The notes under the pieces are model-generated. The model was given only the letters and a program-made list of their open reading frames with translations. It had not been told where the DNA came from and ran no database searches. From Promethearchaeota archaeon (GTDB taxonomy: Archaea; Asgardarchaeota; Lokiarchaeia; Sigyniarchaeales; SOKP01): a stretch of 29,138 nt of DNA. Made by a program: the position numbers and the translations under genes. Shown one piece after another: positions 8,163-17,050 of the stretch; position 1 is the first letter of the stretch; each line of letters starts with the position of its first letter. Where the stretch lies: positions 1-29,138 of the forward strand of contig SDNY01000040.1 of NCBI GenBank assembly GCA_004524535.1, read 5' to 3'.

Positions 8163-8856
8163 CTGCACCCTTTCAGGTCGGGTATCTCTGTAGTTCATAT
8201 GCTACTACAGCCCTATCCACACCATTACAGCATGGCATTCGCTTTTTCCAGCATCCTCTGCCCATTAAACCATCCCCCTTCCTCGCGGTCGGGATACCAT
8301 TCCACATACGTGTATGGGGCTTATTGGGTTTACCAAGTTCCTTATGTCCGACGTTCAACAAAGCCCTTAGGGAGATGCTATCCCCCGGTTGCACAACGGA
8401 TAACAAAGGAATGATAAAAAAGCATTCCTACCTGGCAACTTACCATTTTGGTCTTGGCGTATTAGCTATATTTCGCCAATTTTTAATAACGAGGTTTATC
8501 ACATCTTCACTCTCGTTTCCCATAGGCTTCTTGGCTAGCCCCTCTAGACCACTTTATAGCTAAGTGCAGAAGGAACATTGTCTCCAGAGCTTCACACACC
8601 ATTATTACTAATGATGCATGTCTGGATAGCCACTATCGGTTATCTCAATAGCAGTTTTTGAAAACCACCTTCCTACATATCTGTTTCCAAGTCCTGTATT
8701 CGAACATAAAGCTTCTTGTCGCACTATCTACTTTAAATAATTTACAAATTAAGTGTTTTTAAACCATTATTTTAGTTTTAATTCTACCAATAATTTTAGA
8801 AGATAATAATTGTCTTAAAATTTTATTTCTTTTATATGGTTTAGGAACGTAAAAAT

Positions 8857-10902
8857 ATGTTAAGACTTGAACGGGATCAGGGCCAATTTAAATTATTCTT
8901 CAGAGAATTTGAATTTTTAAGACATTCTAATAAAAATTCTTGTATAGAAATTGGCACAGGTAAAGAAGATTATCGCATGAACGAACAACATTGTGGAATT
9001 TACAGACCTAAAGATAATAACCTGCAAATGCAGGGGCTTAAAGAATTTAAATTTGTAGAAATTAGTGAAATTAGGATAATAGTCGAATTCGACAACTTAC
9101 TTAAATTCCAGTTAAATGTAATATCTGATCATCTTGAAGTTGCTATATCTTTACTGAATAAAAATCAAAATTTCAATCGTTTCACAATCCATATTCCTGC
9201 AATTAAAGATGAATCAATTTATGGGCTTGGTGAACAGTTCTCTGTTTTAAATATGCGTCATCGAAACGTGCCTCTTTTGAGTCGGGAACCTGGTTTTGGA
9301 CGAGATCATTCTAGATTCTCAAAATTGGCAGAATTATATTTGGAGGGAGGTTCAGGCGCTTGGCATACTACATATTACCCACAACCTACTTTTGTTTCTT
9401 CACGAAATTATTTCATACATGTGGAGAGCTATGCATATACAAGATTAAATTTTTGTAGTAGAAACTTCCATAGGCTCCATTTTTGGGAAATTCCAAATCG
9501 AATTATTGTTGATGTTAGACCTACAGCTGTAGAGGTGATCCAATCGCTCTCAGATTATTTAGGACGACAACCCAACCTTCCTGATTGGTCTGTTAATGGT
9601 TTATGGTTAGGAGTAGGAGGAGGTCTTGATGATAATAGTCAGTGGAGTATTCCTCAGAAATTAAAACGAGCGCTTGATGCGAATATAAAGATCTCTGCAA
9701 TTTGGTCGCAAGATTGGACAGGACTCTATAAAATCTCGCGATTTGAAACCCGTTTATTCTGGGACTGGCAATACGATAATCAAAGATACGCCAACCTGCC
9801 AGAATTTATTAAACAATTAAATGCTCAGGGAATAAAATTCTTAGGATATAACAATTGTTTTCTAATGAAGCACGGCGATCAATATAAGGAAGCAAAAGAA
9901 AAAGGTTATCTAATAAAGAAGAAAGACGGAAATGTTTACGATATTTTAATGCTGACGTTTTCTGTAGGGATGATAGATCTCTCAAATCCAGAAGCATGGG
10001 ATTGGATTAAAGAAATTATTAAAGAAAATATGCTTAAGATAGGATTGAGCGGTTGGATGTGTGACTATGCCGAATACATTCCTATGGATTGTGTTTTATA
10101 TTCAGGAGAGGACCCGCGTATTCACCACAACAAATATCCCGTCCTTTGGGCAAAAGTAAACTATGAAGCCACAAAAGAATATGAATCAGAAGAAGGAAAG
10201 GATGAGATTGTTTTCTTCAATCGTTCTGGGGGTATTGGAACTTCGAAATATTCGCCATTAATATGGGCGGGTGATCAACTCGCAAATTTTTCTATTAATA
10301 ATGGATTGGCATCCGTCATTTGTGCCGGATTATCAATAGGTTTTTGTGGAATTGGTCATTTTCATTCTGACATCGGGGGTTTATTTACTTTTTCTGCATT
10401 TAAACGCACAAAAGAGCTATTTATGAGATGGACTGAACATGCAGCTTTCACATGTGTTATGCGATCTCATGAAGGACATGAATATGAAGGGCGTAAAGAC
10501 TGGAAATTTGATTCCGATGAGGAGACCCTAGCACATTTAGCAAAATTTACACGTATTCATTCACACCTAGTACCTTATACCCGTCATATATTAAATGAGT
10601 ATCAAACTACTGGGTTGCCTTCAATCCGACATCCTTATATTCATTATGAAGATGAGCCAATCCTCCATCGTATTAAATATCAATATCTTTATGGAAGAGA
10701 TCTCCTTATTGCTCCAGTATATTCTAAAGATAAAACCACCTGGAAAGTTTATCTTCCAGAAGATAATTGGATCCATCTCTGGTCAGGTAGAAATTACAAG
10801 GGAGGATGGCTAGATATATCCGCACCAATTGGAGAGCCTCCTGTATTTTATAGAGCAAAATCAGAATTTTCCCAACTATTCCATGAACTAAAAAATATTT
10901 AA
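8857..10902 (+). CDS. yihQ: GH31 alpha-glycosidase, YihQ/sulfoquinovosidase-like
   Basis: Colinear with E. coli YihQ as I recall it: WSQDWTG..RLFWDW, GWMCDYAEY (nucleophile), WAGDQ (acid/base), HSDIGG, RSHEG, YQYLYGRDLLIAPV, APIGEPPVFYR. Confidence 0.88.
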   Translation: MLRLERDQGQFKLFFREFEFLRHSNKNSCIEIGTGKEDYRMNEQHCGIYRPKDNNLQMQGLKEFKFVEISEIRIIVEFDNLLKFQLNVISDHLEVAISLLNKNQNFNRFTIHIPAIKDESIYGLGEQFSVLNMRHRNVPLLSREPGFGRDHSRFSKLAELYLEGGSGAWHTTYYPQPTFVSSRNYFIHVESYAYTRLNFCSRNFHRLHFWEIPNRIIVDVRPTAVEVIQSLSDYLGRQPNLPDWSVNGLWLGVGGGLDDNSQWSIPQKLKRALDANIKISAIWSQDWTGLYKISRFETRLFWDWQYDNQRYANLPEFIKQLNAQGIKFLGYNNCFLMKHGDQYKEAKEKGYLIKKKDGNVYDILMLTFSVGMIDLSNPEAWDWIKEIIKENMLKIGLSGWMCDYAEYIPMDCVLYSGEDPRIHHNKYPVLWAKVNYEATKEYESEEGKDEIVFFNRSGGIGTSKYSPLIWAGDQLANFSINNGLASVICAGLSIGFCGIGHFHSDIGGLFTFSAFKRTKELFMRWTEHAAFTCVMRSHEGHEYEGRKDWKFDSDEETLAHLAKFTRIHSHLVPYTRHILNEYQTTGLPSIRHPYIHYEDEPILHRIKYQYLYGRDLLIAPVYSKDKTTWKVYLPEDNWIHLWSGRNYKGGWLDISAPIGEPPVFYRAKSEFSQLFHELKNI

Positions 10903-10988
10903 AATAAATATCTTACCTTAAGGAAAATATAATTAAATATAAAAAATTTAATTTTAACAATATATAGTTTATATTATACCTTTTATTA

Positions 10989-11711
10989 GTGAGAATTATG
11001 GGTTTAACAACGGAAATGATAATGATTGGAATATTTAATTTACTTCTTGTTCTTGTTTTTATAATTGTTGCATTAATTATAATGCTCAAATATTGGAAAG
11101 CTAAGGATAAAACTTTCCTCTTAACTGGAATTGCCTGGTTTGGGATATCAGAACCTTGGTGGCCAGCAACAGTCAGTTTTTTAATCGCGTTATTTACGGG
11201 GAAAGGTCTTTCAATTCATGCTTATTTAATAATTAATGCTGCTTTTCTCCCAATATTCCTAACTTTTTGGTTATGGGTTATGTTACATCTCATGGGTATA
11301 AAGAAGAAAGTAATCTTAATTATCATTCATCTATTAATCTCACTAATCTTGGAGTTACTATTCTTTTATTTCCTATTTACTGATGTTTCAATGCTCGGTA
11401 CAACTACAAAAATGAGTCCTGTGGATATCGATTTTGGGCCAATTGCTCAAGTATTCCTTGCCTATATATTAACTGTTTTTTTAATTTCTGGTTTCTCATT
11501 TGCCATCAAAACATTAAAAATCGACGAGCCCAGACCTAAGTTAAGAGGAAAATTTCTTCTTTTAGCGTTTCTATTATATCTTATTGGAGCTATTTTAGAA
11601 TTAATTATTTATTCAATAATAAACAAATTAATAATTCTTTCTTCTGCTATTGTATTCTACATAGCCTTCGTAATGCCAGAAAAAATTGAAAGACTATTCT
11701 TAAAGAAGTAA
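10989..11711 (+). CDS. Hypothetical multi-pass (~7 TM) membrane protein
   Basis: About seven hydrophobic segments separated by Lys-rich loops. The start may be one of the ATGs just downstream of the GTG. Confidence 0.8.
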   Translation: MRIMGLTTEMIMIGIFNLLLVLVFIIVALIIMLKYWKAKDKTFLLTGIAWFGISEPWWPATVSFLIALFTGKGLSIHAYLIINAAFLPIFLTFWLWVMLHLMGIKKKVILIIIHLLISLILELLFFYFLFTDVSMLGTTTKMSPVDIDFGPIAQVFLAYILTVFLISGFSFAIKTLKIDEPRPKLRGKFLLLAFLLYLIGAILELIIYSIINKLIILSSAIVFYIAFVMPEKIERLFLKK

Positions 11712-11910
11712 AGTTAAATAAGTAGAATGTAAAACATTTTAAAAAAAGAGAAAGCCTTCTTCCCTCCTTAAGGATTTTTAAATATATAATCTGTCATAGA
11801 TATATGGCTACTAAGAAATTTTTATAACAATATTTATCTTTCTTAACTAAGATAATATAATAATAATTAACATGGTTGTATCAAACTATAAAAATAAATT
11901 AAGATGAAAT

Positions 11911-12441
11911 ATGACTAAGAATTCTATAGCTCTTATTGGATTTATGGCTACTGGGAAAACTATAGTAGGTCAAATGTTAGCAGATCATCTTGGAGCGAAT
12001 TATAAATTTATAGAAACTGATCAAATTATTATTAAAGACGCCGGGAAATCGATTCCTGAAATTTTTGCTGAAGATGGAGAAATTAAATTTAGGGAGTATG
12101 AAATTGCTGCTTGTAAAAAAGCTTCAAAATTGAATAATGTGGTAATTTCATGTGGAGGTGGCGTAGTTTTAAATAAAATTAATATTGATTATTTAAAACA
12201 AAATTGCCATATTGTTTTATTAAATGCCTCAGCAGAGGAGATTTACAAAAGGGCAATGAAAGATGGTCAAGAGACTAGACCTGTCATTGATAAAGAAGAT
12301 CCAAAAGCTGAGATAAAAAAGGTATTAGACTTCAGAAAACCTTTTTATGAAGCCGCAGCAGAGATAATTATTGAGACAACAGGAAAAAAAATTGAAGATA
12401 TTGTTATCGAAATCATCTCGAAAACAAATTTAAAAACTTAG
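11911..12441 (+). CDS. aroK: Shikimate kinase (P-loop AroK type)
   Basis: GFMATGKT, SIPEIFAEDGEIKFREYE, SCGGGVV, TRPV, RKPFYE. Confidence 0.93.
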   Translation: MTKNSIALIGFMATGKTIVGQMLADHLGANYKFIETDQIIIKDAGKSIPEIFAEDGEIKFREYEIAACKKASKLNNVVISCGGGVVLNKINIDYLKQNCHIVLLNASAEEIYKRAMKDGQETRPVIDKEDPKAEIKKVLDFRKPFYEAAAEIIIETTGKKIEDIVIEIISKTNLKT

Positions 12442-12505
12442 ATTTATATTTATAAAATCTATCAATTCTTTATACTAATTTTAAATAAAAGAATATATTT
12501 TTACT

Positions 12506-12667
12506 ATGTCAGATTATAAACGAATTAAATGTCCAAATTGTGGAAACGAGAATCCACGAAAATTACATGAGACGCCAGATAAAAATAAAGTACTGTATTA
12601 TTCTATGCAAGGAACACCTGTTTATGCAAAGCAGGTGAAATGTGGAGATTGTGGAATGATTTTCTGA
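12506..12667 (+). CDS. Small CPxCG zinc-ribbon protein, 53 aa (not in ORF track)
   Basis: ATG 12506 to TGA 12667: MSDYKRIKCPNCGNENPRKLHETPDKNKVLYYSMQGTPVYAKQVKCGDCGMIF. Two CxxCG knuckles; T-tracts downstream (~12714-12734). Confidence 0.85.
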   Translation: MSDYKRIKCPNCGNENPRKLHETPDKNKVLYYSMQGTPVYAKQVKCGDCGMIF

Positions 12668-12746
12668 GTAATTCATATTCCGAAACTCTAATTCCACGAT
12701 CCTGGGCGTTGATTTTTTTTTTCCTTTTTTTTTTCTTAACAAACTA

Positions 12747-13949
12747 TTATAACGATAGAATAATCTTATTCTGAGCTTTAAGCATATCCTCCATAATTAA
12801 TTCAAATGCGTCTTTTATATCTGGGGCATTGTCAGGGACACTTCGTTTAGCGTTGACGCTTGCCATTAAAACTTCATTTAATCCTCTTAATATCATGTCC
12901 GGACTGTACCAGGGTCTTTTGCTAGCCCACCATTGTTGGCAACTGTGAATGCCGCGATCCAAAAGATTTCGAGCGTTGTTAAATATCCCTTTTCTTTCTT
13001 CATCCATACTTTCATAGTATTTAGAAGACAAATGGATTAATGTCAGAGCGTACATAAAAAACTTATGTTGTTCTATATGAATTTCATTGTTGGGATCGAA
13101 CCATAATGGAAATGGAACATCATGTGCTATATCATAAGGCATAGTTGACCAACTAGAGGGACGGGTGGATTGTTTTTCTCCCAGAGGAAATCTATCTATA
13201 ATATCAGATACCGTACACATTATCACATCTCCCCTATGGGGTAATGCTTCAAATAATGGTATTAGAAAATTATCAATAGCATGTTTTACATGGTGACCGA
13301 ATGTCTCTCCATCCATTGCGAGAATCACGTAATAATCCTCAGAAGTATGGCGATAATATAATCGACTTATAAATGCATCAACATTATTAATTTTATCAAA
13401 TGCGCAATCAATTGAGATATAATCATCTCGAAAAACTAATTTTAACTTATTCGGATGGTGAGAAATGGAGTTTGTCGGGAATTCAGGCAAAATATTTGCA
13501 ATACCACTCATAATCATCCATTCAAAACCTTCTTTTTTAACTGAAGATATTACTTCTTCATTCACCGCCATTTCTGGAGGAAAAAATCCTCTTGGTTTGT
13601 ATAAATCCCCAAAGAATTTTCGATTAGTTTCATTATTTAATTTTATCTGACGTCTTATTTCTGGTTCGGGAATTAATGGTAATAATGGATGGAATTTAGC
13701 TGAACTTGTAAATTCAATTTGCCCTCTTGAAGCCAAAGTTGTAATGCCCTCTATTAAATCATCATATCCAAAATCGTGTAGCTGTTCAGTAAGAGTCCCA
13801 TTAATATTCAAAGTAATTTTAGCTTCCGGATGGCTTTTTAATGCCTCAACAATAGGTCGATACGATTCGTTTACAATTTGTTTTACAACAGGGGCAATTT
13901 GAACTGGTGGCTGATATATATGAAATAAGAATGAAAAAAAAACGACCAT
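12747..13949 (-). CDS. GH57 glycoside hydrolase (alpha-amylase/amylopullulanase family)
   Basis: FHIYQP, HPLLPLIP, GFFPPEM (nucleophile Glu), AMDGETFGHH, SSWS. Confidence 0.9.
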   Translation of the reverse strand: MVVFFSFLFHIYQPPVQIAPVVKQIVNESYRPIVEALKSHPEAKITLNINGTLTEQLHDFGYDDLIEGITTLASRGQIEFTSSAKFHPLLPLIPEPEIRRQIKLNNETNRKFFGDLYKPRGFFPPEMAVNEEVISSVKKEGFEWMIMSGIANILPEFPTNSISHHPNKLKLVFRDDYISIDCAFDKINNVDAFISRLYYRHTSEDYYVILAMDGETFGHHVKHAIDNFLIPLFEALPHRGDVIMCTVSDIIDRFPLGEKQSTRPSSWSTMPYDIAHDVPFPLWFDPNNEIHIEQHKFFMYALTLIHLSSKYYESMDEERKGIFNNARNLLDRGIHSCQQWWASKRPWYSPDMILRGLNEVLMASVNAKRSVPDNAPDIKDAFELIMEDMLKAQNKIILSL

Positions 13950-14019
13950 AATAAATATTAGAAATGTTTAAATTTCTTTTTTATGATTCATTTAAACAAC
14001 TTGTAATACTTTTAGCTTA

Positions 14020-15528
14020 ATGACAAATAAAAAATCTATTCCAATTATTATAGGTGTAGCTCAGTATACACAACCTAAAGAAACTGCTCAAGCAGTTGAT
14101 CCGCTTAGTTTAATGGTTAAAACGGGCCAAATGGCTCTTAATGATGTTGGAACAGATGATATAAAAGAATTCATAGATACAATCTACATGATTAATATTT
14201 TTAGCTGGTCTTATGAGGATGCTCCTGGTGAACTTAGCAAAATACTGGGAATAAAGCCTGTCCAAAAAGTTTATTTGCCTGATGGTGGCAATACACCTCA
14301 AACGATGGTGAATCGGGCTGCTAAGGAAATTTCCTCTGGAAAAAGCCAAGCAATTCTTATTACAGGTGGTGAAGCTCACTATACAGCTTCTCGAACCAGT
14401 TTAACACCTAGAAATTGGCCTAAACGCAACAAACCTTTATATATGGAAGGAAAACGTTGGAATGGTATAAATAAATTTGAAAATCATTACAAACTGATAT
14501 TCCCTTCTTGTAGTTATGCCATTTTTGAGACAGCTATACGTGCTGCGTCTGGTAGAAGTCTGGAAGAGCATAAACGGTATATAGGAGAACTTTTTGAAAG
14601 ATTCGCTAAAATTGGGTCCAAAAATCCAAATTCTTGGACTAAAAAAGCTTACACGGCTGAAGAAATAACCACTGCTACTCCTGAAAATCGGAATATAAAT
14701 TATCCTTACACTAAACGCATGTGTTCTAATATGTTTGTAGACCAAAGTGCCACTCTAATAATGACGAATGAGAAGATTGCTGAAAAATTGAAAATTGATA
14801 AGAAACGCTGGATTTACCTAATGGGTTGTGCGGATCTTAAAAACATCCACGAGATTACACGGCGTCCACAACTTCACGATTCTCCAGCAGCTAGGGAAGG
14901 ATCACGACTTGCCTTAGAACAAGCTGGTCTCAGACTGGAAAATATTGATAAATTTGACCTATATAGTTGCTTCCCTTCCATTGTAGAAATCATGATGAAA
15001 GAAATTGGCATTCCTGAAAATGATACTCGAGACCTTACGGTAACTGGAGGAAATCCTTTTTTTGGTGGTCCCTGGAGTAATTATACGATGCATGCAATCG
15101 TAACAACTATAAATCTTATTCGTAATAATCCCTCGTTAAAAATAATGGTTGTAGCCAATGGAGGATATAACACTAAACAATCATTTGGAATTTATGGAAC
15201 TGATCCACCTGTTAAATTATGGGGCGATAATGATGATGTCAGGGTACAACAATCAATTTTAGCACAAATTTTACCAGAACCTGTTGAAGAAGCAAATGGT
15301 CAACTTACTATTGAGGGGTATACATTTGCTTACGACAGAAAAGGAAATCCAAGACGAGGTATTGTAATCGGCCATCTTGAGGACGGTCGCCGCACTCTTG
15401 CATATATAGAAGCTAAAACAGAGGTATTGTTAAATCTGGAGCAACAAGAACTCATTGGGCAAACTTTTCCCGTTCATTTTGACTCCAACGACAATTTTAA
15501 TGTAATTTCTATTAATGACCATAATTAA
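14020..15528 (+). CDS. Thiolase-like protein (TLP1 type, with extra C-terminal domain)
   Basis: PIIIGVAQ, GGNTPQ, GGEA, YPYTKRM, VDQSA, DLYSCFP, TVTGGNPFFGGPWSNY, ANGG, plus C-terminal EGYT..G..R domain. Confidence 0.85.
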   Translation: MTNKKSIPIIIGVAQYTQPKETAQAVDPLSLMVKTGQMALNDVGTDDIKEFIDTIYMINIFSWSYEDAPGELSKILGIKPVQKVYLPDGGNTPQTMVNRAAKEISSGKSQAILITGGEAHYTASRTSLTPRNWPKRNKPLYMEGKRWNGINKFENHYKLIFPSCSYAIFETAIRAASGRSLEEHKRYIGELFERFAKIGSKNPNSWTKKAYTAEEITTATPENRNINYPYTKRMCSNMFVDQSATLIMTNEKIAEKLKIDKKRWIYLMGCADLKNIHEITRRPQLHDSPAAREGSRLALEQAGLRLENIDKFDLYSCFPSIVEIMMKEIGIPENDTRDLTVTGGNPFFGGPWSNYTMHAIVTTINLIRNNPSLKIMVVANGGYNTKQSFGIYGTDPPVKLWGDNDDVRVQQSILAQILPEPVEEANGQLTIEGYTFAYDRKGNPRRGIVIGHLEDGRRTLAYIEAKTEVLLNLEQQELIGQTFPVHFDSNDNFNVISINDHN

Positions 15529-17041
15529 TTCCACACAATTCTAATCTTTTAAGATAAGAATCTAAACGTTTTTTAAATGAATTAAAATCCTTTTTCTTTT
15601 TAGGCGTCCATCCTGTTTCTGCTACAGCAATTAGGCGCGGAAATACTTGCCACTCCAAACGCTTATTATTTGGAACCAATTCAGCCCATAAACAAGCTTC
15701 AAGTCCAAGGATATATTGATGATATTTTTCTTCTAAATCATCTGGAATAGGATCATATTGATAAGTTTTACTTAATGGAATTATGTTATAAGGATAATTT
15801 AAATAGACACACGTCATTTCTGACATAATTACATCCCTTCCGTTTCTTACATGATCTATAACTTTATCAAAATTATATGTCCAATATTGGCAGACCGCAT
15901 TTTTAGATAATTTTTCATTTAGAATTTCATTCCAACCCATTAATCTGCGTCCTTGAGAAGATAAGTAATCTGCGATTCTATTTGTGAAGTAAACTTGTAA
16001 ATCTCCTACTTTCTCAAGCCCTTCTTTTTTTAATCGAGTTTGACAATCAGGACATCTTTTCCATCTTCTTGTAGGAGTTTCATCTCCCCCAGTATGAATT
16101 ATGTCAGATGGAAAAATCTCTATGATTTCATTGAAAATATCTTGGACAACTTCAAATGTCTTTTCTTTTCCTATACATAAAACCTCTTTATGAATACCCC
16201 AATGAGTGCTGACCTCGAAGGGTCCACTTGTACAGCTTAACTCTGGATATGAAGCGATAACTGCTGTAGTATGACCGGGAACATCTATTTCAGGAATAAT
16301 TGTAATAAATCGTTCCGCAGCATAATCAATAATTTCTTTTAAGTCATTTTGTGAATAAAAACCAGAAACTGGAATTCTATCTAATCTATTTTGAGGAGTG
16401 ATTGTTCCTTTCCTTTTCGATCCTATCTCTGTAAGAAGAGGATATTTTTTAATTTCCACACGAAAACCCTGGTCATCAGTAAGGTGCCAATGAAACTTAT
16501 TTAATTTTAAACGCGCCATTTGATCAAGCAATTTTTTTACCACTTCTTTCCCAAAAAAGTGTCTTGATTCATCCAACATAAAACCTCGCCAAGAAAATCG
16601 AGGAGAATCTTCTATGTTTACGCACGGAACAAACCATTCTCTATCTATTTTGGAGGAGTTCTCAATTTCAACAGGAAATAGTTGTCGTAAGGTTTGAATC
16701 CCATAAAAAACTCCTGCGGGCGTGAAAGCAGAGATATTAATCTCTGTTGGAGAAACATGAAGAGAATATCCTTCTGGTTTTAATTTTTTATTATTATCAT
16801 TAACTTTAAGGATTATAACATTGGAATCTTTATTTCTTGGGGTGATCTCTTTGATGGGTAGATTAAAACCCGTCGCTTGAGTTCGTATCTGTTTTAAAAA
16901 TTCAGCATTCTTTTTTAATTGAGCATCTGTTAGAATAACCGTCTTATCGGTTAAAATAAATTCTCCATCTTCCGGAATAATCTTTACTGGTTCGGGTATA
17001 ATGGAAAATTCTGAAAATGATCTTTCCTTTTTTTGCGTCAT
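15512..17041 (-). CDS. GH20 beta-N-acetylhexosaminidase
   Basis: IIPEP, PRFSWRGFMLDESRHF, FHWHLTDDQG, PEIDVPGH, HTGGDE, GLEACLWAE, FPRLIAVAE. No signal peptide. Confidence 0.93.
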   Translation of the reverse strand: MTQKKERSFSEFSIIPEPVKIIPEDGEFILTDKTVILTDAQLKKNAEFLKQIRTQATGFNLPIKEITPRNKDSNVIILKVNDNNKKLKPEGYSLHVSPTEINISAFTPAGVFYGIQTLRQLFPVEIENSSKIDREWFVPCVNIEDSPRFSWRGFMLDESRHFFGKEVVKKLLDQMARLKLNKFHWHLTDDQGFRVEIKKYPLLTEIGSKRKGTITPQNRLDRIPVSGFYSQNDLKEIIDYAAERFITIIPEIDVPGHTTAVIASYPELSCTSGPFEVSTHWGIHKEVLCIGKEKTFEVVQDIFNEIIEIFPSDIIHTGGDETPTRRWKRCPDCQTRLKKEGLEKVGDLQVYFTNRIADYLSSQGRRLMGWNEILNEKLSKNAVCQYWTYNFDKVIDHVRNGRDVIMSEMTCVYLNYPYNIIPLSKTYQYDPIPDDLEEKYHQYILGLEACLWAELVPNNKRLEWQVFPRLIAVAETGWTPKKKKDFNSFKKRLDSYLKRLELCGINYGH

Positions 17042-17050
17042 TTCTAAATT

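Larger units (their letters stand above)
4154..8724 (-). mobile_element. Group II intron (outer; IIB/CL-like), interrupted by a nested intron
   Basis: 5' end GTGCGACAAGAAG at 8724. 34-nt domain V GAGCCGTGTGCGGGGAAACTCGCACGCACGGTTC (4228-4195) with AGC triad and AC bulge. DVI with bulged A at 4160 and 3' end ..TTCGAC at 4154. RT ORF in DIV. 2265 nt after removal of the inner intron. Confidence 0.93.

Noticed and set aside
7553-8563. Short ORFs in the intron 5' regions, two sharing KRMPxCNGxDR
   Set aside because: The similarity reflects conserved domain I RNA sequence of the two introns, not a protein family.
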